Positions 33,379 to 42,592 of a stretch of 64,000 nt of DNA are shown here, in pieces. Position 1 is the first letter of the stretch, and every line of letters starts with the position of its first letter. The stretch covers positions 16,578 to 80,577 of the forward strand of contig QIFC01000118.1 of NCBI GenBank assembly GCA_003228685.1, written 5' to 3'. This DNA comes from Chloroflexota bacterium. GTDB lineage: Bacteria > Chloroflexota > Dehalococcoidia > DSTF01 > RBG-16-68-14. The position numbers and the translations under genes were made by a program. Below the pieces are notes generated by a model. It was not told the DNA's origin and searched no databases. It saw only the letters and a program-made list of their open reading frames with translations.

Positions 33379-34914
33379 TCAGTCGCTTCCGCTATCAGCG
33401 AACGACTCCAGCGCTCGCACCAAGCCGGCAATCGTATGCTCTTCCGCTACCACGTCGGGCGGCCGTCCGAGCACCTCTTCCGCCGTAGCAGCCGTGATCG
33501 GCCCGATGCAGGCGATCCGGCAGCGCTTGAGCGCCTCGATATCGTCTCTGAGCAGGCCCGCGAGGTTTGTCACCGATGACGAGCTAGCGAACGTTGCGAT
33601 GTCGATGTCGCCGCTGCGCAGGCGGCGCAAGCCCTCGGCCAGCTCAGGCGACTGATCTTCGCCCGGTGGTTCGGCCACGTAGAGCGTCACTTCGTTAACG
33701 TCCGCGCCGCGTACTTTCAACTCGTCCGCGAGCACGGCTCGCGTCCCTTCCGCGCACGGCACGAGGACGCGCCGATCGCTCATGTCCGCGTCGAGCGCGT
33801 CTAGCAGCCCCTCCGCTGTGTAGCGCTCCGGAGAGACGTCGACGGCGATGCCGTGGCGCTTGAGCGCCTGCGCCGTCGCGGGGCCGATCGCGGCCACCGA
33901 CGCGCGAACGCTCCGAGCGTCCAGGCACTTCTTCTCCAGAACATCGAAGAAAATGTCGACGGCGTTTGTGCTCGTGAAGATGAGCCAGGTATAGGCGCCT
34001 GCATTGAGTGCATCTACTGCTGCTGACAACTGCGCTTCGTCGTAGCGCTCCTTGATCGCGATCGTCGGCAGTTCGATCGCCTCCGCGCCGGCCTCGTTGA
34101 GCGCCCGCGAAAGTTCGCTCGCTTGCTGCCGCGTGCGCGTGACGAGGACGCGCTGGCCGTAAAGCGGCCGCGACTCGAACCAGTTCAGCGTGTCGCGTAG
34201 AACGACAACGTCACCTACGACGATGAGCGCCGGAGAGCCGAGCCCAGCATCTGCAACCTTTGCCGCAATCGTGCTCAGCTTGGCGGTGATGGTGCGCTGG
34301 CGGGGGTGCGTCCCCCACTCGACGGCGGCAACGGGCGTGTTTCCGGGCCGGCCCGCGGCGATCAGGCGCTCCGCGATCCGATCGAGCTGCCCAACGCCCA
34401 TCATCAGCACAAGCGTATCGACGGCTGTGGCCAGCTTCTCCCAATCGACGTCCCGCTCGCCTTTCGCCGGGTCTTCGTGCCCGGTCACGAACGCGACCGA
34501 CGCCGCCAGGCCACGATGCGTGACGGGAATGCCCGCATAGGCCGCGGCCGCGATGGCAGACGTCACGCCCGGCACGACCTCGAAGCGCACGCCCGCCTCG
34601 ACGAGCGCCTGCGCCTCCTCGCCGCCGCGTCCGAACACGAACGGGTCGCCGCCTTTCAGACGGACAACGCTTCCTCCCTGTTTGGCGCGCGCGACGAGCA
34701 ACGCGTTGATCTCTTCTTGCTTCATCGTGTGCCGGCCGGGCTGTTTGCCAACGTAGACACGCTCCGCGTCCGCGGGAGCGAGGTCGAGCAGGCGCTCGTT
34801 CACGAGCCGGTCGTAGACCACAACGTCGGCCCGCGCCAACGCCCGCGTAGCGGCGACGGTAATCAGGCCGGGATCTCCCGGGCCCGCGCCCACCAGAAAC
34901 ACACGGCCGCTCAT
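33379..34914 (-). CDS. cobA/hemD: Bifunctional uroporphyrinogen-III C-methyltransferase / uroporphyrinogen-III synthase
   Basis: The N-terminal VFLVGAGPGDPGLITVAATRALARADVVVYD is a CobA/SUMT motif. The C-terminal half has the HemD-like two-lobed pattern. Its ATG overlaps the hemC stop. Confidence 0.9.
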   Translation of the reverse strand: MSGRVFLVGAGPGDPGLITVAATRALARADVVVYDRLVNERLLDLAPADAERVYVGKQPGRHTMKQEEINALLVARAKQGGSVVRLKGGDPFVFGRGGEEAQALVEAGVRFEVVPGVTSAIAAAAYAGIPVTHRGLAASVAFVTGHEDPAKGERDVDWEKLATAVDTLVLMMGVGQLDRIAERLIAAGRPGNTPVAAVEWGTHPRQRTITAKLSTIAAKVADAGLGSPALIVVGDVVVLRDTLNWFESRPLYGQRVLVTRTRQQASELSRALNEAGAEAIELPTIAIKERYDEAQLSAAVDALNAGAYTWLIFTSTNAVDIFFDVLEKKCLDARSVRASVAAIGPATAQALKRHGIAVDVSPERYTAEGLLDALDADMSDRRVLVPCAEGTRAVLADELKVRGADVNEVTLYVAEPPGEDQSPELAEGLRRLRSGDIDIATFASSSSVTNLAGLLRDDIEALKRCRIACIGPITAATAEEVLGRPPDVVAEEHTIAGLVRALESFADSGSD

Positions 34915-35843
34915 GAGGCCTCCGCGGCCGCCATGAACTCGGCCGCACCCTCGTTGAGCAGCCGCTCCGCGAGCTGGCGGCCAGCAGTCGCCGCCTCGTT
35001 CACTGGCACCCGCAGTTCGCCACGCAGGAAACGGTGGCCTTCATCATCGGCGACGAAGCCTCTGATCCTCAGGGAACCGCCTTCGACTTCAGCATAGGCG
35101 CCAAACGGCAACTGGCAACTGCCGCCCAGACGCGCCATGAACGCGCGCTCGGCCTCACAGGCAAGGCGCGTCGCGTCGTGGCTGATCGACTCCAACAGCG
35201 CGAGCACGTCCGCATCGCCCGCTCGGGCCTCGATGACGAGCGCTCCCTGGCCGACGGCCGGCAACAGCTCCCCGGCGTCGAACACCTGAGACGCGCGCTC
35301 CGCCAGGCCGAGCCGCTCAAGGCCGGCTTGGGCAAGCACGGCCGCAGCATATTCGCCTTCGTCCACCTTTCGAATTCGCGTATCAACGTTGCCGCGAATG
35401 TCTAAGGGCTCGATATCGTCACGGAGCGCGAGGAGTTGCACGGCCCTCCGGCGGCTGCCCATGCCGATCCGCGCCCCCGCGGGCAGCTCCGCGAGCGTCT
35501 TGCCATCGCGTGAGACGAGCGTGTCTCGAGGGTCGGCGCGTTCAGGAAATGCGGCGAGCGTGAGGCCTGCTGCGATCTCCGACGGCACGTCCTTCAGGCT
35601 GTGGACGGCCACGTCGATGTCGCCCGCCAGGATAGCCGCCTCCAACTCCTTGACGAACACGCCTTGGCCGCCGATCTTTGTCAGCGAAGCGCGCTGATCG
35701 CGGTCGCCCTGCGTCTTGATCTGCTTGATCTCGATCTGGACATCGGGATCCTGGGCGCGCAGCGAGGCCACAATGAGTTCCGTCTGGCGCAGGGCCAGCC
35801 GGCTTCCGCGCGTGCCGACAGTGATCGAGAGCCGAGAGCCCAT
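34911..35843 (-). CDS. hemC: Hydroxymethylbilane synthase (porphobilinogen deaminase)
   Basis: ...ITVGTRGSRLALRQTELI...IKTQGD... and ...GGCQLPFGAYAE... (cofactor Cys). Confidence 0.93.
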   Translation of the reverse strand: MGSRLSITVGTRGSRLALRQTELIVASLRAQDPDVQIEIKQIKTQGDRDQRASLTKIGGQGVFVKELEAAILAGDIDVAVHSLKDVPSEIAAGLTLAAFPERADPRDTLVSRDGKTLAELPAGARIGMGSRRRAVQLLALRDDIEPLDIRGNVDTRIRKVDEGEYAAAVLAQAGLERLGLAERASQVFDAGELLPAVGQGALVIEARAGDADVLALLESISHDATRLACEAERAFMARLGGSCQLPFGAYAEVEGGSLRIRGFVADDEGHRFLRGELRVPVNEAATAGRQLAERLLNEGAAEFMAAAEAS

Positions 35844-35855
35844 GCTATTTGTCGT

Positions 35856-37118
35856 CTAGTCGTCTGGGTGAGCGTCCTGGTCCTGCTCTTCGTCCAGGCT
35901 GAACAGCTCACGGATGGGGACGACGTAGCGTTCGCCGTCATCGCTCTTGAGGCGAACGATCAGCTCGTGGAGGAGCTTCTTGACAAGTGCGGAGGACATC
36001 GCCTCAATGCTGCGCCGCTGTTTCTCCGTGAGATCGCCGAGGCGTTGGAACGTCTTCTCCAACTCCGCCCGCCGCGCCGAGTCGGCGCGCTCTCGGAGTT
36101 CGGCCACGGTTGGCACGACGCCACGGTCCCGTACCCATGTCCGGAAGCGGTCGATCCCTTCCTCGACGATCCGTTCGACGTTGGCTACTTCCTGCTTGCG
36201 CGCGCTCCGCCCTTGCTCCACGAGCGCCTGGAGGTCGTCCATGTCGTAGAGTTCGACGTTGAACACGCCGCGGACCGCCGGGTCCACGTCGCGCGGCACG
36301 GCGATGTCGATCAGCAGCAGCGGCCGGCCGTTGCGGTTCGCCGTCGCCTCTTGCACTTCAGCCTGACCGATCAGGAAGTCCGGCGCGGCGCTGGACGTGA
36401 TCACGATGTCGGAGTTGGCCATGGTCGCGCCCAGTTTGTTGAACGGCACCGGCCTGCCTCCCAGGTCATTGGCCAGCTCTTTCGCGCGTGCCGGCGTCCG
36501 GCTCGTCACCAGCAGCTTCGTGACGCCACGCTCTGCCAGACTGCGTGCCGTGAGCTTGCCGGCCTCGCCTGCGCTCACCACCAACACGCTTCGTGAGGGC
36601 AGATCGCCCAGGGTCCGTTCAGCGAGCTTCGTCGCGGTGGAGCTGATGGACACGGCGTGGCGGCCGATGCCGGTCTCGCTGCGCGCCTTGCGGCCCACGC
36701 GGATCGCGGTGTGGAACAGTTGCGAAAGCACCGCATTGTGGGTATTCGCTGCCGTGGCGGCGGAGAACGCGGAGCGTACCTGCCCGAGGATTTCCGATTC
36801 ACCCAGCACCATGGATTCGATCCCGGCGGAGACGCGGAACAGGTGCCGGGCCGCATCAAGACCAGTCTTGTGATAGAAGACGTCGTCCGGCGCCTCCACG
36901 TCGCTCTTCAGGTCGCGAAGCACGGCGATCACTGGCCCTGGTGTGATCGCGTGGTGCGCGATCATATAGACCTCCGTGCGGTTGCACGTCGAGACGAGCA
37001 CGGCAGCGCCCCCGAACTTCGGCAGCGCCTCCGGCAGTTCGTCGGCAGCGAACGCGAAACGCTCGCGCACAGCTACAGGCGCCGTCTTGTGGCTGATGCC
37101 GACGAGCGTGATGTGCAT
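35856..37118 (-). CDS. hemA: Glutamyl-tRNA reductase
   Basis: From ATG 37118: MHITLVGISHKTAPVAVRERFAF...STCNRTEVY (catalytic Cys). The NADPH domain has VLVVSAGEAGK. Confidence 0.9.
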   Translation of the reverse strand: MHITLVGISHKTAPVAVRERFAFAADELPEALPKFGGAAVLVSTCNRTEVYMIAHHAITPGPVIAVLRDLKSDVEAPDDVFYHKTGLDAARHLFRVSAGIESMVLGESEILGQVRSAFSAATAANTHNAVLSQLFHTAIRVGRKARSETGIGRHAVSISSTATKLAERTLGDLPSRSVLVVSAGEAGKLTARSLAERGVTKLLVTSRTPARAKELANDLGGRPVPFNKLGATMANSDIVITSSAAPDFLIGQAEVQEATANRNGRPLLLIDIAVPRDVDPAVRGVFNVELYDMDDLQALVEQGRSARKQEVANVERIVEEGIDRFRTWVRDRGVVPTVAELRERADSARRAELEKTFQRLGDLTEKQRRSIEAMSSALVKKLLHELIVRLKSDDGERYVVPIRELFSLDEEQDQDAHPDD

Positions 37119-37122
37119 GGTC

Positions 37123-37794
37123 CTAGGCGCTCTCTCCATTCGAGGAGCCCACCAACTCCGGCACGAGTTCCTCCGCGCCGAGCGACGTCAGCAGCCGCAC
37201 CTTTGCCTGGCGGTACTTGCGCTGTGCCAGCAGTACGCGCAGGTCTTCGTCAATCGCCTGCTGCCAGCGTTCCGCTTCGGGCACGATGGCGCGCGAGCGG
37301 AGTTCACCGCGGACCTCCTTAAGTAGGTCCGCAAGCGCGGGCATCTCTTCGGTCAGGTAGGCTTCCAACTCCTCTCGCAGGCGGCGGGCCAGCGCCGGAC
37401 TGCCACCGCCGGTCGACGCGGCGAGCGTGATCGCGCCGCGGCGGATCACCGAGGGCAGGATGAAGTCACAATTCGGAATGTCGTCGGCGGCGTTGACCCA
37501 GATGCGCTTGCGCCGGCCCTCGGCGCTGATCTCGTCGTTCACGGCGCCATCGTCCGTCGCGACCATGACAATGTGAAAGTCGTCGATGTCGCCTTCTTCG
37601 TACTCGCGCTGAATGCAGTCGATCTCGCCGTCGGCCAGCATCTTCTGCAGCGGCTGCGTGAGCTTGGGCGCCACAACGGTCACCTTTGCCTCGCCGCCCA
37701 GCAGCCCTTCAGCTTTGCGCTGCGCCTCCCGCCCACCACCGACCACAAGGCAGGGACGGTCTCGCAACTCCACAAAAATCGGGTAATATGCCAT
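37123..37794 (-). CDS. Precorrin-2 dehydrogenase / sirohydrochlorin ferrochelatase (SirC/CysG N-terminal type)
   Basis: MAYYPIFVELRDRPCLVVGGGREAQRKAEGLL... is the typical sirohaem synthase N-terminal domain start. Confidence 0.8.
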   Translation of the reverse strand: MAYYPIFVELRDRPCLVVGGGREAQRKAEGLLGGEAKVTVVAPKLTQPLQKMLADGEIDCIQREYEEGDIDDFHIVMVATDDGAVNDEISAEGRRKRIWVNAADDIPNCDFILPSVIRRGAITLAASTGGGSPALARRLREELEAYLTEEMPALADLLKEVRGELRSRAIVPEAERWQQAIDEDLRVLLAQRKYRQAKVRLLTSLGAEELVPELVGSSNGESA

Positions 37795-37797
37795 CTA

Positions 37798-37983
37798 CTA
37801 TCGCTCCGTAATCATCCTGCGCGCCGCCTCCCGGCGAACAGCGCCCCTCTGCTCCGCGTCAGAAAGGTCTACCTCCGGTAGCTCCCCTTCCGGCTCTTTG
37901 CGCGATACGCGAAACATCCTGCGTACCGAGAACTCCAACTCTCGCAGCCGGATCGTCCAGCCGTTACCGCCGAGCCAATCCAT
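37798..37983 (-). CDS. Small hypothetical protein (61 aa), translationally coupled between the regulator and the sirC-like gene
   Basis: Its ATG overlaps the upstream TGA (TGATG) and its stop lies 3 nt before the sirC-like ATG. No family recognised. Confidence 0.4.
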   Translation of the reverse strand: MDWLGGNGWTIRLRELEFSVRRMFRVSRKEPEGELPEVDLSDAEQRGAVRREAARRMITER

Positions 37984-38648
37984 CAGCGCTTCACCTTCTT
38001 GCGGACCTTCGGCGGCTCTTCGTACGCTTCCGTCAGGCCGATGAGAACCTGGTCCGCAACAGCATTCACCTGCTCGCAGGCGCCCAGCGCCTCTCCGGCC
38101 GAAAGTCCGTGGCGCTGGCTGGCCTGCTTCGTCGAGTCGTCAAGGCTCCGGCGGAAGAAGATGAACGCCTCCACGGCCTGCGCGAGCGGCAGCCCACTCG
38201 CCGCCAGCTCGCGTCCGTAGTCCTTGCCCAGTTCCCGCGCCGTCTCCAGCAGTACGGTGCGCCGCGTGCGGCGGCCCAAGTAGTCGGCAGCAAGGCTCGC
38301 CAGTTGACGCCCGAGGGGCCGCAGGCGGCTTCGCATCTTTTCATCGACGGTCGCGTACCAGGGTGCCTCCTGGACGGGGCGCCGGTGTAGCTGCCGCCGG
38401 ATGCGCGTGACCGCCATGTCGCCCAGCTCTCGATAGCTATCGCCATCACGGTCGCGGCCCGAAACCAGCTCCTGGATGTCCGTCTCGACGAAGCGGCGAT
38501 GGCCGCCTGGCGTGCGAAACGCCCGAATGTGGCCGCTGTCCGCCCAGCGGCGCAGCGTCGATTCGTCGACGCCCAGCGCACGGCAGGCTTTGCCCAGCGT
38601 CAGCCAGCGGACATCTTCAGGTGCTGATGCGACCGTCTTTGCAGCCAT
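37983..38648 (-). CDS. Excisionase/MerR-type HTH DNA-binding protein with C-terminal helical domain
   Basis: ...RWLTLGKACRALGVDESTLRRWADSGHIRAFRTPGGHRRF... is an excisionase-family HTH. First gene of the hem operon. Confidence 0.7.
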   Translation of the reverse strand: MAAKTVASAPEDVRWLTLGKACRALGVDESTLRRWADSGHIRAFRTPGGHRRFVETDIQELVSGRDRDGDSYRELGDMAVTRIRRQLHRRPVQEAPWYATVDEKMRSRLRPLGRQLASLAADYLGRRTRRTVLLETARELGKDYGRELAASGLPLAQAVEAFIFFRRSLDDSTKQASQRHGLSAGEALGACEQVNAVADQVLIGLTEAYEEPPKVRKKVKR

Positions 38649-38723
38649 AGAATCTATATAAACCTAGGTAAGCTTCAGGCTTACCACCCCATACGTAGAT
38701 TCTATGAAGTGCCGCCGCCTATG

Positions 38724-39527
38724 TCAATGAGAGGAATTTTCTAAGCCAAAGAGCGTAGCCAGGCCGCGCACCAGCTCCTTGCGGTGGATCACTTCACGCG
38801 TCGCGAGCAGGACGCCGGGGATAAACGAATCGCGGCCCGTGGTGTCGTGTCTGATGGACAACGTCTGACCTTGGCCGCCGAAGAGCACTTCCTGATGCGC
38901 CACGAGCCCGGGCAGCCGTACGCTATGAACGGTGATGCCATCTTGCGCGGCAGCCCGGCTGCTGGCCAGGGTCTCTTTCTCCGGCACGTTGCGGTCGAAC
39001 GGCTTGCCGCGCGCGGCCAGCATCTCCCGCACCGTCATCATCGCCGTCCCGGAGGGAGCGTCGACCTTCTTGTCATGGTGCAGTTCGATGATCTCTGCCG
39101 AGTCGAAGAAGCGTCCAGCCAGCTTTGCCATGTGGATCATCAACACGGCGCCGATGGCGAAGTTTGGAGCGACGACGACGCCGACTCCACGCTCGCTGCA
39201 GCGCTTGCCAAGAATTTCGAGCCACTCCTCCGACAGACCAGTGGTGCCGATGACGAGCCGTACACCGCGTTCGAGCGCGGCGTCAGCCACGAGCGGCGTC
39301 CACTCCAGGTTGGAGAAATCGATGACGACGTCCGGCTTCGTCGCGTCCAACAACGCGCCGGGGTCGTCGCTCTGCGGGACGGCGCCCCCGCCGGGGAGAG
39401 CTGCCTCCTTCTCAGGGGACAGCTTCTCCAACACCCCCACCGGCACCATGTCCTCAGCCTGAACGACGCCGGCCAGGACCTCCCGTCCCATGTTTCCGGT
39501 GCCGCTCACCACTACGCGAATCGTCAT
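38724..39527 (-). CDS. dapB: 4-hydroxy-tetrahydrodipicolinate reductase
   Basis: MTIRVVVSGTGNMGREV..., ...VIDFS..., ...ELHHDKKVDAPSGTA... (DapB signature). Confidence 0.9.
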   Translation of the reverse strand: MTIRVVVSGTGNMGREVLAGVVQAEDMVPVGVLEKLSPEKEAALPGGGAVPQSDDPGALLDATKPDVVIDFSNLEWTPLVADAALERGVRLVIGTTGLSEEWLEILGKRCSERGVGVVVAPNFAIGAVLMIHMAKLAGRFFDSAEIIELHHDKKVDAPSGTAMMTVREMLAARGKPFDRNVPEKETLASSRAAAQDGITVHSVRLPGLVAHQEVLFGGQGQTLSIRHDTTGRDSFIPGVLLATREVIHRKELVRGLATLFGLENSSH

Positions 39528-39613
39528 CGTACGCCCAGCCTACACGTTTTCTTGGGAGAAATGAAAACGCCCCCGGTCTTCCGGGGGCGCATTCACGTTA
39601 TCTAGCTTGGGGC

Positions 39614-42031
39614 CTAGCTCTTGATCGGCCCTGGGCCGGTGCCCATCGTCGGCGGCCTGTTCGATGGCCCGCTTCCGTAGCCACCACTGCGCTGCCTTCG
39701 ACTACCTCCACCGCCGCCGCCGTTACCGCCGCCTCGCGGTCCACGTCCACCACCGCCACCACCGTAGCTTCCTCGGCCGCCGCGGTCACCACCGCCGCCA
39801 CCACCTCGGCGGGGGCCTCCACGGTCTCCGCCGCCTCGGCCACCACGGTCTCCGCCACCACCACCACGGCCTCCGAAGCCACCCCGGCCGCCGCCTTCAC
39901 GATCGCGTGGCGGGGGCGGCGGCGCGGCGGCCACGAGCGCGGTATCGGCCTCGTTCTCTTCGTCTGACAGCAGGATCTTCCGCGAGAGGTTAATGCGGCC
40001 CATCGAGTCGATCTCGAGGACCTTCACCTTTACCTCGTCGCCAACGTCGAGAATATCCTCGACGCGCCCAACATGCATGTTGGCCAATTCGCTGATGCGG
40101 ATCAGGCCATCCTTGCCACCGGGGATCTCGACGAAGGCGCCGAAGTCCATGAGGCGTACCACCTTGCCGGTGTACTCGGCCCCGACCTCCACGTCTTTCG
40201 TCAGGCCCTCGATGATCTCGATCGCCTTGTTCGCTCCTTCGGCGCTCGTGGAGCCGATGGTCACCGTGCCATCGTCCTCGACATCGATGCTGCAGCCCGT
40301 CTCCTCGATAATGGAGCGGATGATCCGTCCGCCGGGGCCGATCAGGCTGCCGATCTTCTCGACGGGGATTTGGACGCGCTGCATGCGCGGCGCCCATTGC
40401 GATAGCTCCGGGCGGTGCTCCGGCAGCGTTGCCTTTATGACGTCGAGAATCTCCAGCCGCGCTTCCTTCGCCTGGGCCAACGCTTCTTTCATGACATCGA
40501 TCGTGATGCCCTTGACCTTGATATCCATTTGGAGAGCCGTAATGCCTTCCGCCGTCCCAGCGACCTTGAAGTCCATGTCGCCCAGCGCATCTTCGACTCC
40601 CGCGATGTCTGTGAGGACCGCGTGCTTGCCATCCTCGCCCATGATCAGGCCCATCGCGATGCCGCCGACGGGCGCCTCGATCGGCACGCCTGCGTCCATC
40701 AACGCCAACGTGGTGCCACAAACGCTGGCCATGGACGTGCTGCCATTGCTGGAGAGCACTTCCGACACAACGCGCAGCGTATACGGGAAGTCATCGTCAT
40801 TGGGAAGGACGGCCTCAATGGCGCGTTCGGCCAACGCGCCATGTCCGGTCTCACGCCGAGACGTGCCTCGCAATGGGCGAGCCTCGCCGACGGAGAATGG
40901 CGGGAAGTTGTAGTGGTGCATGAACCGCCTGCGCTCTTCAGGCGAAAGGTTGTCCAACCGCTGCTGGTCGCCAAGGGAGCCGAGCGTTGCGATGCTGAGC
41001 ACTTGCGTCTCGCCTCGCTGGAACAGCCCTGAGCCGTGCGTGCGCGGCAAGATGCCAACCTTCGCGGAGAGCTGGCGGATCTCAGCCGGCTTGCGCCCAT
41101 CCGGACGGACGCCACGCTCCAAGATCGACTCGCGGACGGCTTCCTTCACGACCTCATCAAGCGCAGCTCCGACGTCCTTGTCGCCGAACTCGTCGGCGAA
41201 GCGCTCCAGCAACTCCTGCCGGCGCGCCTCCAGGCCGCCCTGCCGCTCGCTTCTTACTTCGGCAAGAATCGCTTCCAAATGGCCCTCGGTCGCCGCCTTG
41301 ACAGCGTCCTTCAATTGCGTGGGCAGGCCGGCCCTTTCGAATTCGATCTGAGGCACCCCGACCTTCGCGATGAGTTCGTCCTGCATATCCAGGATCTCCT
41401 GGTTGGCCTTCTGGCCGAACTCGATCGCTTGCAGCACCGTGTCTTCCGGCACCTGCAGGGCGCCCGCCTCCACCATCATGACCGCGTCGTGCGTGCCGGC
41501 GACGATCAGGTCCAACTCGCTCTCCTGGAGGTCGTCGTACGACGGATTGAGAACGAACTCCTCGCCTACGTATCCGACGCGAACGGAACTGACGGGCCCC
41601 GCGAACGGAGCGCCCGAGATGGACAGCGCCGCGGAGGCGCCAACCGTCCCGAGGACGTCTGGGATGTTCTGCCGGTCCGTGGAGAGCACCGTGATGATCA
41701 CCTGGACATCGTTCCGGAAGCCCTTCGGAAAGAGCGGCCGGATCGGCCTGTCCGTCAGCCGGCATGAGAGGATTGCGTCCGTGCCCGGGCGACCCTCTCG
41801 CCGGAAGAAGCTGCCCGGGATCTTGCCGATCGCGTACAGGCGCTCCTCAAAGTCCACTGTGAGCGGGAAGAAGTCCATCCCTTCACGCGGTTTATCGCTG
41901 ACGCAGGCCGTAGCCAGCAACACCGTATCTCCATATCGCACGGTGACGGCGCCGCTTGCTAGCCCCGCTAGCTCGCCAACCTCTAGGATCAGCGTTTCGT
42001 TTCCTACTTTGCGTTCAAATGATTCCGCCAT
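39614..42031 (-). CDS. pnp: Polyribonucleotide nucleotidyltransferase (PNPase) with Arg/Gly-rich C-terminal tail
   Basis: 805 aa with two RNase PH domains, KH and S1 (..GKVVRLMDFGAFVEI..). The last 120 aa or so follow the S1 domain and are dominated by RGG/GGG repeats. Confidence 0.95.
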   Translation of the reverse strand: MAESFERKVGNETLILEVGELAGLASGAVTVRYGDTVLLATACVSDKPREGMDFFPLTVDFEERLYAIGKIPGSFFRREGRPGTDAILSCRLTDRPIRPLFPKGFRNDVQVIITVLSTDRQNIPDVLGTVGASAALSISGAPFAGPVSSVRVGYVGEEFVLNPSYDDLQESELDLIVAGTHDAVMMVEAGALQVPEDTVLQAIEFGQKANQEILDMQDELIAKVGVPQIEFERAGLPTQLKDAVKAATEGHLEAILAEVRSERQGGLEARRQELLERFADEFGDKDVGAALDEVVKEAVRESILERGVRPDGRKPAEIRQLSAKVGILPRTHGSGLFQRGETQVLSIATLGSLGDQQRLDNLSPEERRRFMHHYNFPPFSVGEARPLRGTSRRETGHGALAERAIEAVLPNDDDFPYTLRVVSEVLSSNGSTSMASVCGTTLALMDAGVPIEAPVGGIAMGLIMGEDGKHAVLTDIAGVEDALGDMDFKVAGTAEGITALQMDIKVKGITIDVMKEALAQAKEARLEILDVIKATLPEHRPELSQWAPRMQRVQIPVEKIGSLIGPGGRIIRSIIEETGCSIDVEDDGTVTIGSTSAEGANKAIEIIEGLTKDVEVGAEYTGKVVRLMDFGAFVEIPGGKDGLIRISELANMHVGRVEDILDVGDEVKVKVLEIDSMGRINLSRKILLSDEENEADTALVAAAPPPPPRDREGGGRGGFGGRGGGGGDRGGRGGGDRGGPRRGGGGGGDRGGRGSYGGGGGGRGPRGGGNGGGGGGSRRQRSGGYGSGPSNRPPTMGTGPGPIKS

Positions 42032-42210
42032 GACATCTCCTATCTACTAATCGAATCGACGAGGCCTCGCGTACCCATACATAGGAAATACGGCGAGAGC
42101 GCTCGCGATGCCTATTGTTGCTACCCGTGGAATTGAATCGACCTGAGGATTGCCGTACTGGGCGCGGTCTCCGCCCTAATTCCTTCTACTCCTCCCCTAC
42201 ATCCTGCATA

Positions 42211-42240
42211 CAGAAAGGCCCCCGTTTACTTCCGGAGGCC
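42211..42240 (-). terminator. rpsO terminator/attenuator hairpin
   Basis: The minus strand reads GGCCUCCG-gaaguaaa-CGGGGGCC followed by UUUCUG. The rpsO stop codon lies in the loop. This is the classic position of the rpsO-pnp intergenic terminator. Confidence 0.5.
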
Positions 42241-42492
42241 AAGTTTGCTGATGATGTCACGGTATCGCTGGACGTCTGTCCTGTTTAGATAGGCCAGATG
42301 CCGGCGCCGCTGTCCCACCAGCTTGAGCAATCCACGCTCCGAGTGGTAGTCATGCTTGTGCTCACGCATGTGCACGGTGAGCTGGTTAATGCGCTCCGTC
42401 AGGATCGCAACCTGCACTTCAGAAGAGCCGGTATCGCCCGCTGAGCGGGCGTGCTCTTTGACAATGCTCTCTTTGATTTCCTTCGTTATCAT
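42226..42492 (-). CDS. rpsO: 30S ribosomal protein S15
   Basis: 88 aa. ...[51 protein letters not shown].... Confidence 0.95.
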   Translation of the reverse strand: MITKEIKESIVKEHARSAGDTGSSEVQVAILTERINQLTVHMREHKHDYHSERGLLKLVGQRRRHLAYLNRTDVQRYRDIISKLGLRK

Positions 42493-42592
42493 GTAGTATC
42501 GGCCAGGAGGGATCCGATGCTTTCGTCCCTCGGCTCACACGGACACTGTATCACGCGACTAATTATTGGTGCAACCGGAGGGCGCACACGTC

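Noticed and set aside
39598-39993. ORFs 39598..39900 (-) and 39664..39993 (+) with repetitive A/V/E or H/R-rich products
   Set aside because: They are alternative-frame or antisense readings of the GGN/CGN repeat DNA that encodes the PNPase RGG tail.
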